This document shows positions 38,175 through 51,089 of a stretch of DNA of 64,000 nt, piece by piece. The notes beneath the pieces were generated by a model that was not told where the DNA came from, ran no database searches, and saw nothing but the letters and a program-made list of their open reading frames with translations. Location of the stretch: NCBI RefSeq assembly GCF_963506605.1, contig NC_083288.1, positions 31,248,001 through 31,312,000 of the forward strand, read 5' to 3'. The first letter of the stretch is position 1. Each line of letters starts with the position of its first letter. This DNA is from Zootoca vivipara (lineage: Eukaryota). The position numbers and the translations under genes were made by a program.

Positions 38175-39509
38175 TATTCCAATAAATTCAAAAATGTTCT
38201 CATATTATTAAACATCTTTCTCTTTGGTTTTAGGTATTACCCCTTCTTCCAGAATTTTATTTACTAATTTTTGATATACCTCAGCCAATTCATTCTTAAA
38301 TAATTTATAATGTCTACCCGAGAGGCCATCCGTTCCAGGTGATTTCCCTGTGACGTGTTATGTGCATTACCTTCCAGGGATCATGGGACTTTTACTAATG
38401 CTCCATCCTGTTAAGTAATGATGTACAGAGCATGTCAATGACAAACAAGGAGAGGCTCAGTCTCCTGCTCTCCTCTGCATATTACCCTTTCCATAGCCCA
38501 TTTTGGGTTGGACCAGTCTCCTGCTCCTTATTCAAATGAGGCCAGCCTGTTTGAACATTTTAAGCTCATCCATTCTGTGCTTGAGGTGAGGCCATGTGGT
38601 GGAGGTGCTTCGCCATTCAGCCAAGAATGCATCAGCCTCTTGTCTGCATAATGGATTGGGAGCCTTGTATTGTGAACAGCAAACTTTCATACATGTTTTC
38701 TGAGAGGCCACAATGACTCACATGATGCAATTATCAATTCGCTCCAGGCTGCCTCCAGTGAAATGTTGACAAATACTGGTACCTTGACTATACCCACTGA
38801 AATTAGCCATGCTCATTAATTTCAGTGGGTCTACTCCGAGCATGACTAATATTTCTAGAAATGAGTTGACATTGTACAGTGAGTACTGAGCATTCAGTAG
38901 ATGTCATATGATCAAACTGGGATGGATCTGGGAAAAGCCCAATCTCCACAGGTGCTCAAAACTTTATGTATGGTGCTTGCAATATGACTCTATAGCAAGG
39001 TTTGGAAATGCTAAAAAGCAGTGCTATGAGTCACTGATGTTTAGCACGGGGAGCGAATTCTGGCTCACAGTATCCACAGGTTTGTTGTAGATATAAATTA
39101 ATAGTTATGAAATAAATCTATTGTGCTTCCCAGAACTTGTTAGTTGGATGAATCCAAAAGCTTCCCAAGTCGTCTTTAGCTTTCACTGATTCATGTCAAA
39201 GAAATATCTGTAGTAGATAAAGTGAGTATGATTCAGTATTCAGAGATATCCTAGTTAAAGCCAGAAGCAAGCATCAACCAAGCAAAGCTCTCATGCTCAG
39301 CCAATGCCCTCAGCCCTTAAGGGGGTAGCCCTGCCACCCCATTCAACTGTGTCACTTCCTTTGAAAATTCTACCTTCTCAGCCCCTCTCCTTGGATAGAA
39401 CTTAATGCAAACACCTCAGATCAATACTTTCTGTACTGAAAAATGCAGACGGACAGTGTCACCCACTCCTAACTCGGACAGCCACTTTTGAAGGATATCA
39501 TGTTTGATG

Positions 39510-40384
39510 GTTTAACTTATATGCAGAATTCATCATGCGAAAGGCTGAACTAGATGAATCCCAAGCCGGAATTAAGATTGCCGGAAGAAATATCAACAAC
39601 CTCAGATATGCAGATGACACAACCTTGATGGCAGAAAGTGAGGAGGAATTAAAGAACCTTTTAATGAGGATGAAAGAGAAGAGCGCAAAATATGGTCTGA
39701 AGCTCAACATCAAAAAAACCAAGATCATGGCCACTGGTCCCATCACCTCCTGGCAAATAGAAGGGGAGGAAATGGAGGCAGTGAGAGATTTTACTTTCTT
39801 GGGCTCCTTGATCACTGCAGATGGTGACAGCAGTCACGAAATTAAAAGACACCTGCTTCTTGGGAGAAAAGCAATGACAAACCTAGACAGCATCTTAAAA
39901 AGCAGAGACATCACTTTGCCGACAAAGGTCCATATAGTTAAAGCTATGGTTTTCCCAGTAGTGATGTATGGAAGTGAGAGCTGGACCATAAAGAAGGCTG
40001 ATCGCCGAAGAATTGATGCTTTTGAATTATGTTGCTGGAGGAGACTCTTGAGAGTCCCATGGACTGCAAGAAGATCAAACCTATCTATTCTTAAGGAAAT
40101 CAGCCCTGAGTGCTCACTGGAAGGACAGATCGTGAAGCTGAGGCTCCAATACTTTGGCCACCTCCTGAGAAGAGAAGACTCCCTGGAAAAGACCCTGATG
40201 TTGGGAAAGATGGAGGGCACTAGGAGAAGGGGACGACAGAGGACGAGATGGTTGGACAGTGTTCTCGAAGCTACGAACACGAGTTTGACCAAACTGTGGG
40301 AGGCAGTGGAAGACAGGAGTGCCTGGCGTGCTCTGGTCCATGGGGTCACGAAGAGTCAGACACGACTGAATGACTAAACAACAA
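39510..40384 (+). mobile_element. BovB LINE, 5'-truncated
   Basis: ORF 39535-40377 with YADD, nearly identical to 774-1817; (CAA) tail; TSD CATG(T/G)TTGATG at 39499-39509 and 40385-40395. Confidence 0.95.
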
Positions 40385-41685
40385 CATGGTTGATGTTATT
40401 GAAAGTCACTGAGGGGTCAATGAGAATTAACACAGAGACACATTTCCCTTGTCTCTCTCCTGGCAGAGGTCATCAAATACACAGCAGTGATGCTTTGTTT
40501 GATGTGCAAAATCAACAAGGTAATTGAAGGTGATAATATGCAAACGATCAGCTTAAGGCAAAGCAGGGATGTGGATCAGTGGGAGAGTTTGTCAGGGTGT
40601 GATATACCATGGTAAGCAGGAACAGATATTCAGACCACAAAAGGGGGAACGTTAAAGTCCATTGTATGGAATACAAAGCAATGAAGTACACGTCTGCAAG
40701 GCTGCAATGCAACAATTCAAAAAGAAAATTCCTACAAAACTTCAGTCACAAGATGGGATATAATTCCTGTTTAAAGGTGGTTCACTGCAGTCTAAATGAC
40801 ACATTCAGCCATCTTCAGATGAAGTGAGGCCTGGACTTTTTTGATCAGTGCAGGGCACTAATGGAATAAGCAGATCATCATACAGTCCGTTATATCCATA
40901 GTTCTGCAATGCTCAACTTCGACTGACACCACTGGATGTTCTCACACATTTTCCTTCTAGTTTCCCCCCTCCTTTTTCTGCAACCTCTTTCTCTTCTTAC
41001 GCTAGTCAAATTCAAATATCTTTATTGCCGTCCATAGACCCACAAAACAGTTTCAAAACAAGATACAGTTAAAACAACCAAACAGCAGGTGAAATATACA
41101 TACATCTTATGCTAGTGTCTTTCATTCCCTTGAGCTTGCAAAAATTGCATGATTTCTTTAGATCATGCCAGATCTGCTACTTATGACAGCATGATACATG
41201 CATAAAATGTCTTTGTTTTTTCACTGTGGGGCCGCATAAAGCATAAAGCTAAACACAGATTCAGAGTGAAAGTGTTGCTCATGTCAGGCCAGTTTGGAAG
41301 GCAATTATTCCACAATGGGGTTGAAGCGATTGTAAAAAGCATCCTGTTGAAAGATGCAAAATGGTGATAAGAAGTTTCCTGTTTCTGAGATGGAGACTAA
41401 ATCTAGAGACAAATATAACCTGTTTCTAAAGAATTGTTTATAAAGATGCCCAGTGCTAACTTTTGGCAAGATCAGCCCATGGTACTAAAAACTGAGATAA
41501 CAGGAGAAGCAAAGATTGTGCATCATTAAATTATATGGAAAAAAATAGTGATGAGGAAAAGCACTACCAAACAGTACTTTGCTGCTGTGGTCAATAGCAG
41601 TTTGTTGGCTTTTAAAATAAGCATGTGCATAGCCCCACTGCAATGTGAAATCATTGTGGATCCCTCTCCAACCAGTTTGCAATTA

Positions 41686-41816
41686 CAGTGGTACCTCGAG
41701 TTACAAACGCCTCAGGTTACAAACGTTTCAGGTTACAAACTCGGCTAACCTGGAAGAGTTACCTTGAGTTGAGAACTTTGCCCCAGGATGAGAACGGAAA
41801 TTGTGTGTCGGTGGCG

Positions 41817-41848
<32 letters not shown>

Positions 41849-41905
41849 ACAGCAACAGCAAGAGGCCCCATTAGCAAAAGCACGCCTTTCGTTAAGGACA
41901 GTTTC
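41686..41905. mobile_element. Partial Tc1/mariner MITE containing a (CAG/CAA)n tract
   Basis: TA-CAGTGGTACCTCG start; body similar to 19064-19282. Confidence 0.7.
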
Positions 41906-43119
41906 TATTACTATTTATACCCTGCCCATCTTACTGGGTTCTCCCAGCCACTCTTGGTGGCTTCCAACATATATTAAAACATAAACAGTGAACATTAAGA
42001 AACTTCAGATGTCTTCTAACGGTTGGATAGTTACTTATTTTCTTGCCCTGGGAGCATAGCTGCCAAGTTCTCCCTTTTTTTAAGGGAAATTCCTTTATGC
42101 TGAATAGGCTTCCTCGTGAGAAAAGGGAAAATTTGGCAGCTATGCCTGGGAGTCACATAATTCTACCCTTACACCATTTCTCCAATGAAAACAGGCTTCA
42201 ACATATTATTATTTTTATGAAAATAGTGGTGTCAAAAGGAAAATAGGGACATTCTGGGATCAAACCAGAAACCAGGACGGTTTCTGTAAATTTGGGACTG
42301 TCCGTGGAAAATAGGGACACTTGGAGAGGTGGTATATAATGTGAGTGCTGTAAAATTTGGATAACCAATTTTACACAACACAAACATAGAACAACTTAGA
42401 GATTGCTCTGTTGCTGTTAAATTATCAAGAGAAATGACACCTGCTTCAGCTGATACAGAACATCATTGCACCAGGCCAAGCTAGGAGACTTACATGGCAG
42501 AACATGCTATGATGATTGCTATCTAAAGACTTGAAAGAAGAAGTTAGAGGTTGTGCAAACTCAGTATGATAAGCTAGGTTCACCTTCTTTTATAATCAGA
42601 ATCTTCTCCCAATCTTCACTAAATCAGCTCCCTATCACAGAGATGGGGACAGTTTGTAATCCAACGGCCACATTCCCTTCTGGTTAAACTTTAGGGGCCA
42701 CATGCCCTTGGTGGGCAGGGCCAGAGGCAAAAGCACAAACAGCAATTATTGTAATTTTTTACTTTTATAAAGCAGGTTAGGTTCTACAAATATTCAAGCA
42801 CCCCTTTCTTCGCTTCACTCTGGCAAGCAAGAGATATTATCAGAGTTCAAAGACACATTCCAGCCTGTGACAGATCTACACTGGTTGTTTATAATGTTTT
42901 AAATGTGTTAATAAATTGTGACACCAGAAGACAGTGTAGAGCAGTGAGCCTTCAACAATAGAAAATTGCATTGAGAATGATATAACGTTATATTTAATAA
43001 CATTTTAACAGATCAATGGAGATCCACCCCAGGCCAAACCACTCAAGGAGCGTTCACACCTGGGCAGGGTGTATGACCTAAGGAACATGTTGAGGACCAG
43101 ATAGATAGAGAGACCAGGG

Positions 43120-43371
43120 TGGAATTTGTGTGTTCGGACCCAGAGACCTCCCTGCTAAATAAATGCAAACTTGACTCAAATTTTAATTTGGTTTTTGGCA
43201 GAATTTAGGCCACAACTTTATTGATTACAGAAACTGAGTGGTTGCATAGGCTCTGGTTCACCTAGCTCCCTGCAACCTTGCAGGAAGCGCTGATCCCGGG
43301 CACTAAATAGGTCAGCCAAGGGTGAACACCTGGATAGGCGGAAAGCTGGGAACAGGCTATGTCCACCACCC
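43120..43371 (-). mobile_element. Repeat terminus, possibly the 3' end of the DIRS/Ngaro element at 51090-52240
   Basis: Second copy at 3470-3670; AATAAAGTTGTGGCC on minus; directly abuts the Penelope-like sequence. Confidence 0.45.
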
Positions 43372-44355
43372 AGAAATTTTGATTTAGAACATATTGCTCA
43401 TAATAACCCATTCAGTGAATACATCCTGTTTTATGGCTGGTATATAGATGAATAGATATTTATATTTTCGGAGGATATTTTTAAACCATTCAACTGTTGG
43501 ATCAATAGTGCGAGTCCACACTTGACCTTTGAAGGTACATCGAGTCCATTGTTTACCTTTCCTTGATCTAGAAATCTTTGTGGATGATTAAAAGTGCGGC
43601 CCTATAAGAAAAGCACAGATAGAAACTCCTTCTTACATTACAGATCTAACAATTTCAAACATCTCCATGATAACCTTCCCTTAGGTCAGTTTCTAAGATT
43701 AAAATGCAATTCATCGGACCCACATGACTTTAAAGCCCATTCAAAAATACTTTCTGCATCCTTATTACCAAGAGGTTATGCAAACACAGTCATAACAACT
43801 GCCATTAAAAAAACTCATAAGAGAGAGGTCGACCCTTCTTACATGTTTCACACGTACAAGATCTTCTTACATGTTTCACAATACAAGATCTTCGCGTATT
43901 TACGCTTCCAAGGAATATAACCATATGACTTTCATAATTGAGAAAATCATTAGGCGTCATTGGCATATTCTTAAGGATATCCCGGGGTGTGATAACACGC
44001 CCCTCTTTCCCAAACGATGCACAATGACCACTCCCCATATTAAACGGGGGGTGATTTTTGCGTTGTCCACGTGTTTTTTTTTAAGCTGTGGGCATTTTCC
44101 ATGAATTTGTATTAATTTTACATACATAACCCCTCAGCATGTTTTGATTAGGGTTTTAACTCTCTGCTGGGCTACAAGGGTCACTTTAAGAAAGAAATCT
44201 TGTATCTGTAGATTGCCAACACCTGTAATTGAAATCAATACTGTCTTTGTCCATATAACTTCACATTGTAACAGTTGACGTTTATCGCAGCTACTACTAT
44301 GACACAGAACTACTTCTATCCTGGTACATCACTTTTGGTATATACAGTTGTTTAT

Positions 44356-44406
<51 letters not shown>

Positions 44407-44693
44407 GTGTGTGACATCACAACATTGCACTTATTTGCATCAGATGAAGCGCAGGACGGCAAAACAAGGTTTATATTTCAGAAATCCTTGTCTTCGGAAT
44501 AGGATTCTGTGGAACTGGAACTACTTGTTATTGCTGGTGCTTTGTGAACTGATTCAGGTGGAACAGACACGTACCAATGTCTAGACCTGATCCATGAACT
44601 GATTACAGTATGAACTGATCCACTGGGCCTTCTGCTTGTTTCATTGTATTTTATGAACTCATTTCTGTTGAAATCTATATGATACAGTGAACT
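43372..44693 (+). mobile_element. Penelope-like element (Neptune type): 3' part of RT plus downstream non-coding region
   Basis: YIDE, FLDL, YKKSTDRNSFLHY, NLPLGQFLRLK, RGY, IIRRHWHIL motifs, with frameshifts. Confidence 0.8.
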
Positions 44694-45038
44694 AAAGGAA
44701 AAGGAAAAGGGACCCCTGACCATTAGGCCTAGTTGTGACTGACTCTGGGGTTGTGGCGCTCATCTCACTTTATTGGCCAAGGGAGCCGGAGTACAGCTTC
44801 CAGGTCATGTGGCCAGCATGACTAAGCCGCTTCTGGCGAACCAGAGCAGCGCACGGAAACGCTGTTGGCCTTCCCGCCAGAGTGGTACCTATTTATCTAC
44901 TTGCACTTTGACGTTCTTTCGAACTGCTAGGTTGACTGAGCAATGGGAGCTCACCCTGTTGCGGGGATTCAAACCGCCGACCTTCTTTTCGGCAAGCCCT
45001 AGGCTCTGTGATTTAACCCACAGTGCCACCCGCATCCC
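44694..45038 (-). mobile_element. Sauria SINE
   Basis: Reverse complement of the Sauria SINE, head at 45038. Confidence 0.85.
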
Positions 45039-45570
45039 ACACATAATACAGTAAATTACAATACCATGGGTGTAGACAGGGGGGGGGCAGGAGGGGGCAG
45101 CTGCCCCCCCTAGAAGCAAAAAATTATTGTATTTTACAGACCATAACCAATACTTTGCCCCTCCAAAAACTGAAGTGGAAAGGGCTTTGCTTTAGCAAGA
45201 GCAGCTCTCCACTTGCTGGGGGCGGGAACACAGCTGTAACAAAAACACATCAAATAAATAAAGCAAAGTGGCTACCAGTACTTAAGCAGTTAAGACAATG
45301 GAGCAGAATATCCCTTCAGGCAAGGTCCACCCTATTCATCCTATTGTAATTCAGTGAGAGTTGTTAATGGGCATTCAGGGATCGCATTAACAGTTCTATT
45401 GGCGATTTAATGAGGGTGCAGAGGATTCAATTTGACTAAGGTGGCCCTGCAAGGCTAAAAGGAAGTGAATAAGAAGGGGGGGGGGCTGTAGCTTTGATAG
45501 ACACAGTGATGTTTATAAAAAGCATTGGTGTTCCAGTCTGCCCCTCCTCCTGCATCTGTATACTGTAAAT

Positions 45571-45905
45571 CAGGGGTGGCCACCTCCCAAGAGACTCTGA
45601 TCTACTCACAGAGTTAAAAACTGGGAGTGATCTACCCGCTTTTGGGGGGTTCAGGTCAAAGCTGTTGAGTTTTTTTAAGGAAGGGAAGCCCTGTTTTGGG
45701 GGGTTTAGGTCAAACTTGTTGAGCTTCTTTTAGGAGGGAGTGAGGCCCATTTTTGTTTAGGGCTTCAGGTCATAGTTCAGCTTTTTTTAGGGAGGAGGAA
45801 AAATTTGGGTGAGCTTTTTTAGGGGTGCCAGTGATCTAGCAGTGATCTACCACAGACATCCAGTGATCTACTGGTAGATCACAATCTACCTGTTGGACGT
45901 GCCTG
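45571..45905. mobile_element. Nested hAT-type MITE
   Basis: CAGG...CCTG ends; 8 bp TSD CTGTAAAT. Confidence 0.8.
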
Positions 45906-45965
45906 CTGTAAATCAAGCAGAGAGAAAGCTGCTTACAAGGCTCCTGTACAGGTGTACCGGTATCT

Positions 45966-47010
45966 TCCTCTTGCTGCAGAGTTCTAGCATCACAGCGTCA
46001 CCCAGAGGCACCCACAAATGTGAGTTATCCCTCTCTCTATTTCTTCCTTCCTTTCCTCCCTCTTCCATCCTCAATAAAATACTGGGGGGGGGGGCAGATA
46101 AGCCCCACATAGAAAGCCCATCAACATGGGGGGGGGATGACTCTTTAAAATACAGTATTTACCAGTAATTTCTTTTTTGGGGGGGAGGCACCTAGGCCTC
46201 TAGGAGTTGGCTGCTATGCCTAGGACAATTCAAGAAAGCAGAATCATGCATATGCTATGGTAATATATCAATAGAATCATGGAATTGTAGTCGGAAGGGA
46301 CCACAAGGGTCATCTAGTCCAACCCCCTGCAATGCAGGAATTTTTCCCCAATGTGGGGCTTGAACCCACAACATGGTTGAAATATTATGCTGATATGCAG
46401 CAACGCCTCGGAGCCATCGAGACTGCAGCCCTGTCTTGCCTCGCCCTCGCCCGCCCTGCCACCCCCTCTCCCCTGCCCGACCCTCCCATCCTCTTGCTGC
46501 AGAGTTCCAGCTTCACAGCATCACCCAGAGGCACCCACAAATATGAGGTATCCCTCTCTCTATTTCTTCCTTCCTTCCCTCCCTCTTCCATTCTTAATAA
46601 AATACGGGGGGGCAGATAAGCCCCACATAGAAAGCCCATCAACATGGGGGGGATGACTCTTTCACATACGGTATTTACTAGTAATTGGGGGGGGGAGGCA
46701 CCTAGGCCTCTAGGAGTTGGCTGCTATGCCTAGGAGTAGGACAATTCAAGAAAGCAGAATGATGCATATGCTATGGCAATATATCAATAGAATCATAGAA
46801 TTGTAGTCGGAAGGGACCACAAGGGTCATCTAGTCCAACCCCCTGCAATGCAGGAATTTTTTCCTAAGGTGGGGCTTGAACCCACAACATGGTTGAAATA
46901 TTATGCTGATATGCAGCAACGCCTTGGAGCCGTCATGACTGCGGCCGTGCCTTGCCTTGCCCTCGCCCACCCTGTCACCCCCTCTTGCCTGCCCGACCCT
47001 CCCGTCCTCT
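45966..47010. repeat. Tandem duplication, ~523 bp x 2
   Basis: Units start at 45966 and 46489; each contains an AGAATCAT..AATTGTAG CR1-tail-like segment. Confidence 0.9.
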
Positions 47011-48012
47011 CCAGCCAAGCAGGGTAGCCGCCGCCGTTGCCAGCCCCAGAAGCACAAGGTTGCCAGCCCCAGAAGCACGATGTTGTCAGGCCAGCTGGCC
47101 CTGTAGCCCCGCCCACGTTCCCACTTTGTGGCCCCGCCCCTGAATGATCATGGCTTGCCCCCCCCTAGTTTTGATCCTGGCTACGCCCTTGTACAATACT
47201 TTATTTTGCAAGAGTGCAGCCAGTTACGACTCGTGTTTTTATTGAGCATAACTTTATGTAACCCTAGGTTTGTTGTTGTTTTACTAATGTTTGTACCATG
47301 GCTGAGTTTTCTAAGAAGTTTGGATATAGTATACCGAGAAAGACAAATGATTAAGCATGTTTACTTTCTTCCACAGTGAAGATGACCAATTGTTAAAAAA
47401 GAGAAGACATGTCATTACTTACTTTGTCAAAACAAAAAGTACGTTTAGAAATGCACACAGCAGCGTTAACTGAATATATATACATAGCTGCCAAGTTATC
47501 CCTTTTTTAAAGGGATCTTCCCTTATGCTGAATAGGCTTCCTCGCGAGAAAAGGGAAAACTTGGCAGCTATGTATATAAAACAACTTAATCCCTAGAGGA
47601 CTTAGGATCCCTAAGGCACCTCCTCTATTTAAGAACAATAGGAGATTTGTTGAAAAATGGGTATCTATTTTGAATAAATGTTCTAATGATCTAATGCTTT
47701 TGATCATAGAACAATCTGCCATGGATTTGGAAAAGGTCCACAACGATTTAATGGAGTTAAAACAAAGGACAAAAACTAAATACAATAAGGAGGATTTTGA
47801 CAAACTCACTCACAAGCTGGATCAGGACCTTAATAAATTTACCAGTGAATTAGCCAATTTTATGAAAAAGTAGTTGAGCAGAGATTGCAATGATTATTCC
47901 ACAGGTAAAGTTCATTTAAGGCTGAATTCTTCAGGACTAGTTTGCTGGCAGTCTAACAGATCAGATATATCTTCACTTTCTACCACTCCTACTGATTATG
48001 AACACTCTAGCC

Positions 48013-48857
48013 CACGGGTGTCAAACACAAGGCCCGGGGGCCAAATCCGGCCCGCCAGACCTTGTCATGTGGCCCACCGAGCGCCCCAGCCAGCGGGACC
48101 CAGCAGCGGGACCTTGCTGCTGAAGCGCCGTGCCGACAAACAGCTGGGGCGGGGGGGGGGGGGTAGAAAGGCGGCCAGAGCAGCGCTGCGTGGAGCGCCC
48201 CGAGCCACAGCAGGAGGAGGAGGCAGCTTGCCGGGTCAGCGCCCGGCAGCGCCGCACAGAGAGTCCCAAGCCTCTGCGACGCAGCAGTGCTCTGTAGCAC
48301 TTTGAATCCTCCTCCTCCTGCAACGGCTCGGCGCCTGGAAACGGCTGCTGCTACTGCTGCTGAAGCACAGACAAAGCACCCAGCAGCGCCCTGTGGAGGA
48401 GGATTCAAAGTGCTACAGAACACTGCTGCGTCCCAGAGGCTCGGGACTCTCTGCACGGCACTGCCGGGCACCGACCCGGCAAGCCGCCTCCTCCTCCTCC
48501 TCCTCCTTCCGCGGCTCAGCCTCATGAATGTGAGCTCAGCAGCAGCTCAGCCTCACGAACGTGCAACTCTGAGGCTTTACACACTTCTCCTAAAACGGAC
48601 ACCCGCTGCCTCACGCTGCACGGGAAATGCTTTTTGCCCCTGGGTCCCTTCACGCTCTTTTCTGGCGCTGAATCAAGGCGGCGCCCCCCCTTCCCTTTCT
48701 TTCTTCCTCTCTCTCATTCTTATTCTTTCTTTCCCTCTCCTTCCTTCCTTCTTTATCTCTGTCTTCTCTCCCTCTTTCTTTTTCTTTCCTTCTTTATTCT
48801 TTCCTACTCTTCTTTCTCTCACCTCTTTCCTTCCTCTCTCCCTCCTGCTCCCTCTTT

Positions 48858-48909
<52 letters not shown>

Positions 48910-49638
48910 TCCTCCTTACTTCCTTCCTTTCTTCCTTCCGTCCTTCCCATCTTTCTTCCTCTCCCTCATTCTTATTTTTTCTTTCCCTCTACTTCCTCCC
49001 TTCTTTCTCCCTTTCCGTCTTCTCTCCCTCTTTCTTTTTCTTTTCTTCTTTATTCCCTTCCTTATTTCCTACTCTTCTTTCTCTTCCCTCTTTCCTTCCT
49101 TCCTCTCTCCCTCCCACTCCCTCTTTTCTTCCTCCCTCCCTCCCTCCCCTCCCCTCCCTCTCCCTCTCCTCAGAAACATAGGATGCTGCTTTATACTTCT
49201 GGCCCTTAAACCCTGGAACCAGGAGAGCAGCTCCAGTGAGTCAACCTCAGCCAATCCCTTTGGTGAAGGGTGGTGGCTCACTGGCAGAACATCTGTCCTG
49301 CATGCAGAAGGACCCCAGCATCTCCAGGTACTAGTAGCTCTGCAAAGGTCCTGCATGAAACCCTAGCGAGCCTCCACCACCCAGTGCAGTTACCAAAAAT
49401 CATTTTTCAATAAATTGTACAATAATTGTACATTTGAATATCTACTTGCCATGACTATGTTTCTGCTTTCAGAGCTAGTTATTACTTACATTATTACAAA
49501 AAACAGTAATAATTGAATGCAGTGACAATAATTTATGATAATAAAGAGTGGACACATAGTCCTACAGATACAACCGGCCCTTTGAGGGTGACCAAACTGC
49601 TGATGCGGCCCCCGATGAATTTGAGTTTGACACCCCTG
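48013..49638. mobile_element. Non-autonomous hAT (Charlie-like) element with a CT-rich low-complexity interior
   Basis: TIRs CACGGGTGTCAAAC / GTTTGACACCCCTG; 8 bp TSD CTCTAGCC. Confidence 0.9.
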
Positions 49639-50217
49639 CTCTAGCCTATCTAGTGCCAATGGTTCGGATGAAGACAGAGAATTTAGGCTTAGATCTGGTC
49701 AGATGTACCAGTCTTTTTCCGCACAGCGCACCAGACCCCCTACCAGAGGAAATAATCCCTGAACACCAAAATACCACTTTAGTGGTTACTTTATCTGACA
49801 GGACATTAATATCAGAGGAACCTCGAGTATTAAATTTAGGTCTAGGTTTTGTTCCCACTCCCAAGACAATATCAAGGAAGCAGAGAAACAACTAAGTAAT
49901 CCCAATTTCTACTTACCTATACCTAGTGATCCTGCCACGTCAGTGAAAACCAAACTACAGGTAATTCAGAATGACGTCGTGTCCTTAGACTATATAAATG
50001 AAAGTTTAGTGGATTTTTAATGTCCCGATCACACTAGGGTGCCAATATTTTACACACTTCCAAAAATACACAAAAATGTGCTCCCACCACCGGGTAGACC
50101 TATTGAGTCCGTGTCAGGATCATTGTTGGAAAATTGTGCACAATATATTGACACATTTCTACACCCTTTCACTAAAGAAACCCCGTCTTACATTAAGGAT
50201 ACAAAACATATCATAAC

Positions 50218-50697
50218 CTCTCAGGGGGACTCCTTACAGGGAGCCTCCCCCGGTCATCCTGACCAGTACGTCTCCAAGCGACAGCGTCAGCAGCGGATCA
50301 GGAGGAGAGAAGGAGTAGTGGAGCGGAATGGAGGAAGGGCTCCGGGAAGCTACAGAGCCCCTGGACACGCTCGGGAGAACAGGAAGTGGGACAGGGGCTC
50401 TGACAGGCAGGAGAGCCGATGCACCACTCCAACCACCAAGAAGGGGAACCTCTCCTTCCGACGCCCGAATTTAGGCATGCACCCACACGCAGGGTTAAGG
50501 GGTGGCGTTTCGGGGTGCCAAGGCTTTTATGCTGATCACGAGGAAGAAAGAAGCATTGCAGGGTTCTGACAGTGACGAGGCAGTCATGCTTTCTGGTACT
50601 GTATCTTTGCACTGTAAATAGTATGCACAATAAAACTCTTAAAGACAAGAAGGACTGGAGCGTCTTTACTCGAGAGTAGCCACAAGCCCCTGTGACA
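50218..50697 (+). mobile_element. Gypsy-type solo or partial LTR inserted in the Penelope RT
   Basis: AATAAA; 3' end TTACTCGAGAGTAGCCAC...TGTGACA resembles the LTR at 52989-53417; flanked by TAAC repeats; removing it restores KHIITLIENL. Confidence 0.75.
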
Positions 50698-51089
50698 TAA
50701 CGCTTATTGAAAATTTGCATGTTACTCCACATAGTATTATTGCTAAATGGAATGTGTCATCACTATATACTATTGTACTTCTGAATACTGTAAAATCTCA
50801 AATCCAAGAACTGCTAATGGATCATAATCAGTCTTCACCACCAGTACATTTCTTAATGGAGATTCTTATTTACTTTTATCTAATATTTTTTTCAGGTTTG
50901 GTTCAAAGTACTTCATTAAAAAAAAGAAGGTGTAGCCATGGGCTCTATGTAAATGTGCTCCCAGTCTGCCCAACATCTTTATGAGAAATTTTGATTTAGA
51001 ACATATTGCTCATAATAACCCATTCAGTGAATACATCCTGTTTTATGGCCGGTATATAGATGAATTGATACTTATATTTTTTTATATAT

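Larger units (their letters stand above)
45065..47191. mobile_element. Composite non-autonomous hAT-type element, 2.1 kb
   Basis: Imperfect TIRs CATGGGTGTAGACAGG / CCTGGCTACGCCCTTG; 8 bp TSD TACAATAC at 45057-45064 and 47192-47199. Confidence 0.75.
47380..51080 (+). mobile_element. Penelope-like element (Neptune type): 5' part of the ORF, interrupted by three insertions
   Basis: EMHTAALTEYI..NLIPRGLRI, WVSILNKCS, VLNLGLGFVPTP, FYTLPKIHK..PPPGRPI, YIKDT, VSSLYT, GVAMG, RYIDE. Confidence 0.85.

Noticed and set aside
37335-38185. Cluster of overlapping GC-rich ORFs resembling a CpG-island first exon
   Set aside because: Bounded by a mariner-type TIR and made of internal repeats; better explained as transposon interior.
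41688-41984. PolyQ-containing ORF
   Set aside because: A (CAG/CAA)n microsatellite inside a MITE.
48287-49366. 359 aa ORF rich in F/L/S/P
   Set aside because: Translation of a CT-rich low-complexity tract inside a hAT element; not a membrane protein.
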